A DNA stretch of 63,719 nt, the filler included, from Perkinsus chesapeaki ATCC PRA-425 (Eukaryota; Protista; Perkinsozoa), in the NCBI GenBank assembly GCA_013115145.1. It is 14 parts of 14 records of this genome, joined end to end, with 100 filler letters (N's around TTAATTAATTAA, not from the genome) between each part and the next. Parts side by side here need not be neighbours in the genome. Positions count along the whole stretch, not along the records: positions 1 to 1,194 come from JAAPAO010002115.1; positions 1,295 to 3,290 come from JAAPAO010001710.1; positions 3,391 to 10,411 come from JAAPAO010001048.1; 11 more parts are not named here. One strand, written 5' to 3'. A program made the position numbers and the translations under genes. Shown here in pieces: positions 1 to 10,271 of this stretch. Within the stretch, counting starts at the first letter, position 1. The number at the start of each line of letters is the position of its first letter. The notes beneath the pieces are model-generated. The model was given only the letters and a program-made list of their open reading frames with translations, had not been told where the DNA came from and did not search any database.

Positions 1-700
1 GGTACGTTTAAACTGCTCCTTCAAGTTTGTCTTCCTACTATAACATTCTTTTCATGGCGTTGGCTCGGTCGCATGTACGTTGTCCTATGATACAGTAGTT
101 CCTTCAACTCCCTCGTGGCTGCCAGGTATACCAAAAGGCAAGTCCTCTGCGTCGCCGGCGTTTTTGTGTTTTCCCTCCTTTTCTGTGTGGCCAAATCGCA
201 GCAGGAGACTGCGGAGGTGATGGCCACTTCAGCCGTCGGTCTCATTTATACCGGCGTTTTCGTCTTATCCTCCTGTAAGTGTAGTTATCTGAATCTTCCG
301 AAGCGTTGGTTCAGGTTCCGGAAGCATTCTCTCCGAGAAGTTGTTAAAAACAACCGGTGGCTCTCTTCCCGTTCAAGTCGTTCATATGAAAGTTTGCAGT
401 GTCTTGATTGGCTTCGTAGCCTTCACTGCCCACGGGCTTAACCATGGCATCGAGACAGGTTCCTGGGATCCTCTTGCCTACTGGGATCAGCGTACGCCAA
501 TGATTTCCTCGTTCTATTGAATGGTGCTTTCTGGTAGGTACATTGGTCGTAGTAGCCATCTACGTGGTCTCCGGGTGGCTGGTGGCTTACATCACCAAGC
601 GTCTATCATCGACCACAAAGAATGTGACTCAGGCGGGGTCGACGGCTCTCACGTATGCCTTGACGATGGTGCTGGGAAAGAACGTTTTCAAGTAAGCCCT
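1..700 (+). CDS. Nucleotide-sugar transporter (SLC35A/UDP-Gal-CMP-Sia type), internal/3' exons; 5' end missing, 3' end uncertain
   Basis: Manually spliced exons give TFKLLLQVCLPTITFFFMALA, SGSILSEKLLK and GWLVAYITKRLSSTTKNVTQAGSTALTYALTMVL. These match SLC35A motifs (TYQVLYQLKILTTALF, SGFAGVYFEKILK, GLVVSxVxKYADNIxK). Short GT-AG introns. Confidence 0.7.
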
Positions 701-1194
701 ACATTTGGCCGTCCCTTTGAGTTTTGGTGCATGAGCCATCTCGCATTCTACATAATTTTGGTATTATTTTTCCATAATAGCCCCTTCTTCAAGGTTAGGC
801 TTATACTAAGTCTAAAATAAGCCCTGTTTTCTGCCCTAAACTCTTCTTGGTTGCTGTTAACCAGAATAGTTGCATGGAAATTCCCTCGCAAATTCTTAGT
901 ATACCTAGCTCGAAGCTGGCCTGAGGAACACCTAATCAGGGAAAACCTAATATTATGATAATAACCTAATATTATGATATAAATAGACCTTGATAATATA
1001 TATTAGTAATTCTCATATCTAATGTTTATATATAAATATAACACCTAATTGCAGCCGAAAAGTACTATTGTATATGTGAGTATGATAAAACGGACTTGGC
1101 CAATATGAATGAAGACCATTCATCATGTTACTAATCATTTTCAGTCCACAAGCCCAACCGGGACCCTTCAGTTTATCGGCTACTTCTATGGCAG

Positions 1195-1294
1195 NNNNNN
1201 NNNNNNNNNNNNNNNNNNNNNNNNNNNNNNNNNNNNNNTTAATTAATTAANNNNNNNNNNNNNNNNNNNNNNNNNNNNNNNNNNNNNNNNNNNN
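1195..1294. other. Artificial assembly spacer (44 N + TTAATTAATTAA + 44 N); first of 13 identical spacers
   Basis: Identical 100-bp structure recurs 13 times. TTAATTAATTAA places stops in all six frames. Not biological. Confidence 0.97.
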
Positions 1295-3290
1295 CTTTAT
1301 TATTAATAGTAGATATAAATATTATTATATAATTATAGTTATATGCCATGATAATAGATAAATTATACTTTATTACATTATTTATAAATATAACATATAT
1401 AATATAGTATATAATAATATTGATCTTAATATATATAATTTATAAAGATAAGTATAATCAATAGTCTTATATATCATTAATATCTATAGTGTTATAATTA
1501 TATATAATATTAACAAGTTATAATAAATCTAATATAAAGCTTATATAATAATTATATTAATGTAATATATTAGTAATGATATATATGAATATAAATAGAT
1601 ATAAGCTGGGGTATATCTATATAATTATAAGTAATTTATATTAAATTATGACTATATTTACTGTGTTATATATATTATATTATATTATACCAGATATATA
1701 TTAGTAGTGTATAATTTATTAACATTATATTGTATTCCTATATGTATATTATAACCACTAATTATTATATTTAGATTAGCTGGCATTATATTTATTAATA
1801 ATTAATAATAATCTCATTACTATAGAATATAAAATATAGTATTAATCTATTATAACTAATCTTTATATATTATATCTCATAATTATATATAATTGTATAT
1901 CTAATAATCACTATAGATCAATATAATATAGATTATTAATAGTAGATTTATTATATATATGAGATCTTATTATAATATTATACTTATACATTTATATAGA
2001 TATCATATTAGTTATATCTTATTTATAGTTATCTATAATATATATACCCATTAATATCTATTATTAATTATTAGTAATAGCACTGGTTATTAATTATAAT
2101 TACTGGTAACCTACAAACTATATGTATAAATTAATATCCTATATTATTATAATAAATACACATTAGATATATAAATATATAATATTATATAATATAAGAT
2201 AAGACATTATTATAAATAAGGTAATATTAGCTATTTTATCTATTTCTATTAATAATAAATATATACACTATACTATTAATTTATACTATTATATTATATA
2301 TCCTTATAATTAGATTTATTAATAATTAAATATATATTAAATAATATAACTTATATCCATAATATTAATATCTATATTTATCTATCAATTATCATATTAT
2401 AAACTATAGCCTGTATAACTAATAAATATATATAAATTAATAATACATTATAGTGATATTTATAGTAAATAATATATAATATGTTAACTTCTTATCTTAT
2501 ATGTTATTCTATATAGATTTATATTAATATATCCATATTATAACTAGTAATATCAGTTCTTTATTAATATAATTAGTGGATATATAGCCAGTAGTTTATC
2601 TATCTTTAATATCATATATAATATATAATTAGGTATACTTTATGATAAATATCTATATTCATATATAAATATATTAGATTATCTACTGTATATATTATAT
2701 ATCCCTAAAGTATAGATTAATTATACATAATATAGCTAATAATAAATAATAGAGAATAATATATAAATTATTACTAATATTACAATATATTAAATACCTT
2801 TATAAATATATATATTAGATCTATATATAGAGATATGAATAGTTTATAGATAATAATATGTAATTTATATATATATTCATAATTAATAGAATAGATATAT
2901 TACTAATAGTATATGGTATTTATATATATATAAAATAGATTAATATTAAAGACTAGATATATATAATAAATGAATATAATCAATAATTAATAGATAATCT
3001 CTAGCCATTATATTATATTATAACGAGTTAATTAATAATTTATTATTATATAACGAGTGGCATTATCTTATATTAATAATATATATTAAAATATATAACT
3101 TTAGGTACTTTATCTAATATTATACTTGATATTATAAATATTATATGTTGGTACTAGATATATTAATAGACTAATAATTATAAATTTATATAATATTAAT
3201 AGTAGTAGATTTATTAAAGATATATAGATAATTAGTATAATTTAATATAATGTAGTAATATATATGAGTAAATAAAGGACTATAGAGATA
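1295..3290. other. Extremely AT-rich non-coding contig (about 13-20% GC in sampled lines)
   Basis: Dense TA/TAT/TAG content with frequent stops, no ORF in the track and no obvious tandem period. Confidence 0.8.
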
Positions 3291-3390
3291 NNNNNNNNNN
3301 NNNNNNNNNNNNNNNNNNNNNNNNNNNNNNNNNNTTAATTAATTAANNNNNNNNNNNNNNNNNNNNNNNNNNNNNNNNNNNNNNNNNNNN

Positions 3391-3459
3391 ATTCGAACCC
3401 TCGCGGGCAGAGCCCAACGGCTTAGCAGGCCGCCGCCTTAACCACTCGGCCAAAGTGTC
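3391..3459 (-). tRNA. tRNA-Ser(GCT), 3' end cut by gap
   Basis: Minus strand GACACTTTGGCCGAGTGGTTAAGGCG-GCGGC-CT-GCT-AA-GCCGT-TGGGCTCTGCCCGC-GAGGGTTCGAAT. Long variable arm and A/B boxes. Confidence 0.9.
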
Positions 3460-3576
3460 CAATGTCGTCCCCTTGCAGCGTGGCGGCGGCATAAAATTTG
3501 ACTGACAGTGACCATTTCTAGCGTTCCTAGCACAGATAGAAACAACAAGCGTTCCTCGTACAAATAGAGAGACTGA

Positions 3577-3657
3577 CGATACCTGGGGGATTCGAACCCT
3601 CGAAGCAGAGCCCAACGGCTTAGCAGGCCGCCGCCTTAACCACTCGGCCAAAGTGTC
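3577..3657 (-). tRNA. tRNA-Ser(GCT), second copy, slightly degenerate (possible pseudogene)
   Basis: 5' half identical to copy 1. Variable arm altered (CTGCTTC vs CTGCCCGC), with one mismatch each in the acceptor and T stems. Confidence 0.75.
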
Positions 3658-3671
3658 CAATGTTCACTCAG

Positions 3672-3752
3672 TATATCGCGGAGATTGGAGCCCTTTCGAC
3701 CAGGACCCAAGGGCTGGGCAGGCCGTCGACTCAATTAGTTGGCCGAAGTCTC
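3672..3752 (-). pseudogene. Highly degenerate third tRNA-Ser copy
   Basis: Ungapped manual alignment to copy 1 over 72 nt gives about 70% identity. The anticodon loop and A/B boxes are mutated. Confidence 0.6.
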
Positions 3753-3850
3753 CGAGTGCCCCCCCGGATGTGACAGCAAGACATTAATGAACGCAAGATG
3801 AATGAAAATATCGAAACTTGACGTTGGTGTAAGTTACGTGGTAAAACAGA

Positions 3851-6800
3851 TCACTGCTGACGTTTCTTCTTCTTCGGAGCTTTGGACTTGCCGCCCTTCC
3901 TTTTCTTGTTCAGTAATGCTAATGCATCCGCGAGGTCATCCACGCTACCTTCTCTCTCAGAGACCCTAAAACATGAAATGGTGCGACAATCATGCCCGCT
4001 TGGGATTCCGACTTGTCAGCAAGAGTATTTTGCTCATCTTCCTCCTTTTCTTCTTCCTCCTCTTTTTCATCTTCAGACCTATCTTCTTCGGAAGCTTTCC
4101 TCTTCCCTGTCTTCCTAGCACCAGCCTTGGAGGTATCCAAGTTCAGTATATCATCGAAAAGCTCTCGGGCTTGAGACTGTTTTTGCATCTTCTCCTCCCA
4201 TTCTTCATTAGCGACCTTGAACCTATACACCGGGAAGTTTCAGCATGAGAGCAAAACCCTGAATGCGTACTCGTGAAGGCCCAAACGCTTCCACAAAACC
4301 ATGTTTTTATCCTTGATGTCCTCTTCTATCTTTACCAAGCGCTCTGCCATTGACTTTCTGAGGGCGGCCTGAAAAGTGTAGCACTAACGGTACCATAGAG
4401 CAAAATGTGTAGCTATACGTCCGCGATTGAGTTTTCCCACATCTTGGCCAGCACCCAGGACCCTGCCGATGGCTGCGTGGCGAGCTTTTCAATGAGGCCT
4501 TCGTGCTTCACCAAGGCACGGATAAACTGCATTCTTTGGCCTTGTGGGATAGGGGAATTAGAATCATCGATGAGCTGAAATGCGAATGATAACGAAATTA
4601 GCGCAGATGCTAAAAATACTAAAAACGAGTGCCTGGCTCTAAGGCTCAGGAGAACGTGCATTCACCTACGCTTTCTATTAGCCGACCGCCGGCTCGATCT
4701 GTGCAGTAACTAATGACGGTAGATTCTCCCTCCGACTTCTTCGCGTCCGCCAGAATTTGAGGACCGAAACCGCTGACCAGTGGTTGGACTCTTCTAGCAG
4801 GGAATCTCAGAAGAAGAGTTGTGGCAAGGATACATGCTCCAGATGAAAGTGGTGCCGAAGGCAGAGTTGACTGTGATGATGAGAGCGATAGCACAACACC
4901 TAACAGCGTTATACTTCACGCGATCAAAACATGACGCTCTGTTTCTTACCCCACGCCCGTGGGAAAGCCTCGCTGCCTTTGATGCCAAGCGTGCCGAAGA
5001 AACGGTCAGCGAAAAGCTTGTAGTGCTCATTGACATGGGCGCAGGCCTCACAAAGCTTCTGTAGAGTAGCAAGATGCCTATCAGAGAGCACTGACAGGTG
5101 ATCAATCGAGAGGTTCTTACGGCGGTGAGGTGGCGGCTCTGGAGACGAGAGACTCAATGAGGCCCTCCTTGGTTAGCAACTCGTGGAGGTGAGGCGCCTC
5201 ACGGATGCTAGAGATAATCTGAAAGAAAGTGCCCCAAATGTATTAAGAGAATCCGACGAAGGGAAACGATCACAAATCGGTACACTTTAAAGAGACTGTA
5301 GCTACACCCGACACATTTGCTACCGCTTGGAGAACATAAAGCCCAAATCCTCCTGCATATAGCCCTTCCATTTCCTCTGTATTAAGGCTCTTGATGAATC
5401 CAATAACACCAGAATGGAACACAGTCGGTGCTTCAGTTGCGCACCGCGATATGAATACTTCCAGCGACCGAGATCCCGGCCCTGATTTCATCAACCTCCG
5501 TATGGATTCTGGTTCACCTGAAAATGCAAATGCAACAATGTCGCTAGTGTAGGATAGCAGCCCGAAAGCCATAAGTTCCCTTTTACCTAGGATAGATTTG
5601 AACACATCCTCGCTTGGAGAGGACACACTAATCAACAGCTGGACGGTAACTACACAGAGAGCCTCACTTCGACCTAGAATGAGAATTTAATATTACCAGA
5701 TGGGGACGGATTCTCGCATAGTTCAGCAAGCTGCTGTTTATGCTCGCTTTCAGCCTCTCCTCCTTCGTACACATCCAGACATCGACAAAGCTTGGTGAGA
5801 AGCTTAGTGCAATAAGAAGGAGCTGTCCATAAATCGCTACAGTATTACTGAACGGTTCAATCGTGATTATTACGACTCTTCTCAAGTTTGTGGGCAGGCA
5901 GCGTTAGCGCCGTGTCCCGCGCGACGGAAGGGTTCTGTTGATTCTTCTTCTTTTTCTTCTTGTTAGAGCTCGTCGAAGGCTGAATGTATCCCGCAAGAGT
6001 GAGAGTCAAGGAACGTATCTAAAATCATCAGACCAAGTAATACGAGCTCACCAAGGACATAGAACAGAGAGAACCAGGCTAGAATAGTACGTCAACAAAT
6101 AATGCACTGCGTCCTGTGTCTAGTACAGCGAGATTTGTAGCGTTTACGCCAAACGTACCAACTACTGGCGTAGGCTCAACCCAAAACAGCTACTTACAAC
6201 ATGCGTCGCACAGGCATCCCAAACCATATCCGAGAAATTCTCTATGATGTAGTTCACCAGCTCCTTCAGCATCGATTTCACCTAACAAGAACACGGGGGG
6301 TACGGTAGATGTCAGACGCGGTAATCGAACTTCTGCGGGATAAACACGAGACGTTTCACTACCTGATCGTTATCCAACTGAGTTACCAGACAGGCAACTG
6401 CCTCCTCAATCACATGACTGCCATATTGGTCATAGAACCTACACACACAAGTGGAATTCTCCAAGCCCCGAGCGAAATAGCGGTCTCTAGCAACCGGAAT
6501 GAGCGCCCCTTACATCTCATTCTTATCCACTAGTCTCGAACAGATATCAACCAGCTCTTCTCCTAGATTGTTATTCTTCAGGAATCGGACCTGCAATGAT
6601 GTCCATAGTAAAGCAACGTTAGAGACTACACACGAACAACCCGCAACATTTTCAGAGCCCGTAGGAAGTACTAGCATACGGTAGACCGCAAAGGGCAACA
6701 AGCGCGAGGTACACAAAAGCATTGAGTCTCATGGGAAAGAAATCTCAGAACAACTCCTGATGACGGCCTCCAGGCAGCTGATGTGGTCAAGTTACCTCAC

Positions 6801-7266
6801 CACAAGCAACACCGTTATGAGTTATCCACTCCAAACTAGCACCACTATACTACCAATCTTTGTAAGTGTTTGCTGCCTGTCTGATCCTGCAAGAGCAGCG
6901 CCTCCTGTCCCTTCAGCTCCTCTACTACGGCAGATATCATCGGAAGATTAGCCGTCACGTCCGGTGTTGGTTCCCCGGAGCTTGCTTCTCCAAGCTTGAG
7001 GACTTCTCCAACAGAACGCAAGTAACTGACACAAGTGATGCCGGTTAGATCCAATGGGGCAGATATTCTCAAATTCAAGAGATTGGCTCACCGCACTACC
7101 TAGTCAAATCTTTAGCCTTCTCTTTGGCTGCAGAACTTCGCGGAGGTGGACCAGCTTCGCTCCGCCGAACTGTACTGTCGTATTGCTCTCCGCCTTCTTC
7201 AGTAGCCTCATCATCTCGAGGTTGGTAGCCTCCAGTTTTCCGTCTGTTGCGTCCGCCACGAGCCAT
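3851..7266 (-). CDS. NOP9: Nucleolar protein 9 (Pumilio/PUF-repeat rRNA processing factor), multi-exon
   Basis: Start MARGGRNRRK at 7266. Exons VVEELKGQEALLLQDQTGSKHLQRLVV, YCTDRAGGRLIES and EKLATQPSAGSWVLAKMWE resemble Nop9 PUF repeats. Acidic stretch, then a basic C-terminus KKRKGGKSKAPKKKKRQQ* ending at 3851. Confidence 0.75.
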
Positions 7267-7374
7267 CGAAACGAAATGAGGGTTGTACTGAAATTGTCAG
7301 TTAGGGCTCACCCCAAGTTAACCATGTCAGTTGGGAACTGAGCGCAAGCCGCTCTAGCCAGAAACAGGAAATCA

Positions 7375-8920
7375 TCACAACTCCGAAACGCCCCTCCTTC
7401 GGGTGTGCAAAGCAATAACTGCAGTGCCTATCACTGCAACTGCAAAAACAAGGGTAGGTATGAAGCTTCCCCATTCATGGCTAGAGGTGTCAGAATAACT
7501 ACGTCCAAACAGCGGTTGTGTTGCCCGATGATCAACGTGTCTTAGGGGCTCCGGCTTCGGTGGTAAAGAAGGATAGGATGCGCATAAATGAGGTTTGCGC
7601 TTTTTGCGATCGGCCGGTCTGTGCCTGACATAAACTGGCTTGGTGGACAACACAGTTCCAGTCCCCCCAAGGAATCCAAGAAGATCGCACTTTTATCCGT
7701 TCAAGTGGACCGATCTCCAAGTTAGAGTTCCACTGGGGAGCCGTTATTACGGTTTGCCAAAGGTCTGCAGGTTAAAGGCGCGAACAACAACTTCAAGGCC
7801 TTCTAAAAGTCGATATTCTTCTGTAGTGTAACCGAGCTCCGACATCAACAAAGCTGCTGCTTCCACAGTACAAACCCTAACAGCTCATCAGCGAGCAGAT
7901 GCCTAAATTTTACAAGGCTACCTGTCCGCTCGGGACTGTGTACGACACATGAAACGTGACAGTGTCGTCGGCATTAAACGAACTCGAGGAACAGAACGAT
8001 CCACCCGTTCTGACGAAAAAACATAGCCCCACATAGTAGATCGGGAGCACTACTCTGTAGTCGCTTCGCCTGTTTCCAAGTCCCATCCACAAGAATTATA
8101 AGCAATCGCTGCCCCTCCTCACAATCAGACTGGCAAGGTCGGGTGATTACGCCTTCTGACCGAAGCTCTTCTACTGTCCTTGAATCCTCAGAAGGGAACA
8201 ATACGCAGCACCTGCCCAATTACTAGTAGCCCGAACAACCCTCCACAGCTTACCCTACCGATTTCGATGAGCATCAATATCCTCTTGAAGAGCCTGCATA
8301 TCCTCGTCAACCGAATCAAGGTAACTATCAGTCCCTGCGACCCCGCCGTTTTCCCCCCTTAAAGTACATTTTAGCATCATAAAGTTTTTCCAGGACTTTC
8401 CCAGTATTGGAGGCTCTATAACGTTCCTTTGCATGCATATAGACAGCTACGTCGAAGTCCAACATCTCCCTCTGCTGCTCAGATGGCCGTAACGACCGGA
8501 GCTCATCACATACACAGAGATTCTTCTTCATAGCGCAGCTTGTGCATCTATGGTAAAACAGCTGATTGATTCAATGTCAACAGATAGCTACCTATGACTA
8601 TGTTCAATCATGAGTTTGCTGCTAGCGTTTGTAATTGCCACGCCAACTTTCTCTCTCTCCGCCGGTGGAAGACTTCCAAGCTGACATGCCCGATTTTCAC
8701 ACTTTCCCACACCGTCTAGTACATGTTCAATTCTGGCTGCATTTATCGGCTTCTTCGTCTCCTTCCACTCCTTTTTATTCCAAGCATGATTGGTAACCAG
8801 CTTTCCTCCTTCAGTAGCCTCCTCTATCACCGCCGAAGCTTCCGCCTCTGCCGCCCGGTCATTCTCCCAGCCTGGAAGCCGAGCCACGAGATGGTCAATC
8901 GAAGAAGAACGATCGGCCAT
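7375..8920 (-). CDS. DTWD2: DTW-domain tRNA-uridine aminocarboxypropyltransferase (DTWD2/TapT-like), multi-exon
   Basis: CVCDEL, YMHAKERYRASNTGK, CCVLFPSEDS, LVDGTWKQAKRL (DTW motif) and CTVEAAALLMSELG. Confidence 0.85.
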
Positions 8921-9305
8921 GTGAACCGAAACTGCTGTCGGAGATTAATGGAGAGAATCAAGGCACCAATAGAAGAGAAATGAATACCTATATTTCTCAG
9001 TGGTTGAGCGCGGGTAAACTGTGGAGGATTCCAAGACTAGTTAACTGCGGATATCCTTTCTACAGTGCATCGTGAGATACATATAACACCACTGCCAGAT
9101 CCAGCTATGATTTCTAGACAACCCGGGGGCGCTTACCAACACAAATGGCAGCGGACTTATATTTCAATGTGGGCAGTTGTAAAACCATCACATGCCCATC
9201 GAGTACGTTTCAACTTGAACACAATATCATACTTCCATACACCTTGTCATTACATGAAATACGTCAAGTTCGATAAATATGATTGAAAGTCTCGGTAAAA
9301 GGGTT

Positions 9306-10271
9306 TTAAGGCGATTGACGGGCACTAAAGCGTTTCTTTAACGGCCGTCTAATCTCCAATTCATTTTCAGCTCTCCTCTTCCTAGAGCCTGTTTCGAGCG
9401 GTCCCTCATCTTGTCGATTTGCGTGCTCGAGACGGTCTGGAGTCTCCAATGATTGACCTGCAGCGGGACTATCACGGTAACTAGTTTTCATTGAAGGGTC
9501 AAGAGGTTCATCAGAAGGTTCTTCATCGGGTGAACGGGCGAAGGAATGGTCCTCCATAACGAGCCTTTGCTCGGATCCCTTTGTAGCCCTAGTCCTTTCT
9601 AGAGACTCCCCAGCAGCGGGCAGACCACTTGACTGCTGCCTAGCTGATGACATAGCGTATCTCTGACTCTTTTTATCGAGTACGAGTGCTTCAACATATC
9701 GCGCGACATTGCCCTTCTGGCCACTACGGAACATAGCTGCCGTATAATCCCCATCTTCATCACGGCTATCCCGTTCTACACATATCTGCGGCCTGCTACC
9801 GACAAACGCTAAAAGGATTGTATCATACATTTCGTCACTAGTCTGCTGCTTTCCCCTTACCAACTGGTAGCAGTTACGCAAATGATAGTCATTTAAACCT
9901 ATCTCAGCGAATGACCCTCTTTTTAATTTCAGTCCTTGTAGAGTAGTTTCATCATTGCCAATATTGACATGACAGTCAGCACATACACCGTTTTCTCCCG
10001 AACAGGGCTTAGCCTGGAGCCAAGTGAGCGTGAGATCAGGCCTGCGAGCACCATGATAACGATAGACTCCGAATGACGGGAGCGGTGGCGCTGAGACATC
10101 ATCTCGGTCCACAAAAGATTCACTCATTGTAGTGGCACTCGACGAAGTCAAGATGAGGAAAAGAAGGACGACCACTTGTAGTTGGTTGACCGCGATCTTC
10201 GAACCAGATTTGACATTCAAGGCTAGTTTATGCATCAAGCCGAGAGTAACGGTAAATGAGTTAGACGCCAA
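9306..10271 (-). CDS. Lineage-specific predicted secreted protein with basic C-terminal NLS-like tail
   Basis: Intronless 321-aa ORF. Hydrophobic VVVLLFLILTSSSA, then PLPSFGVY; C-terminal RKRR-x11-KKR. Confidence 0.65.
   Translation of the reverse strand: MASNSFTVTLGLMHKLALNVKSGSKIAVNQLQVVVLLFLILTSSSATTMSESFVDRDDVSAPPLPSFGVYRYHGARRPDLTLTWLQAKPCSGENGVCADCHVNIGNDETTLQGLKLKRGSFAEIGLNDYHLRNCYQLVRGKQQTSDEMYDTILLAFVGSRPQICVERDSRDEDGDYTAAMFRSGQKGNVARYVEALVLDKKSQRYAMSSARQQSSGLPAAGESLERTRATKGSEQRLVMEDHSFARSPDEEPSDEPLDPSMKTSYRDSPAAGQSLETPDRLEHANRQDEGPLETGSRKRRAENELEIRRPLKKRFSARQSP

Noticed and set aside
1239-1250. Recurrent palindrome TTAATTAATTAA as a dispersed regulatory or repeat motif
   Set aside because: Always centred in 88 N; it is an artificial six-frame-stop linker.
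3966-3995. GC-AG intron near the NOP9 3' end
   Set aside because: It leaves the wrong frame; a canonical GT donor 17 nt further upstream gives a 47-nt intron and the basic C-terminus.
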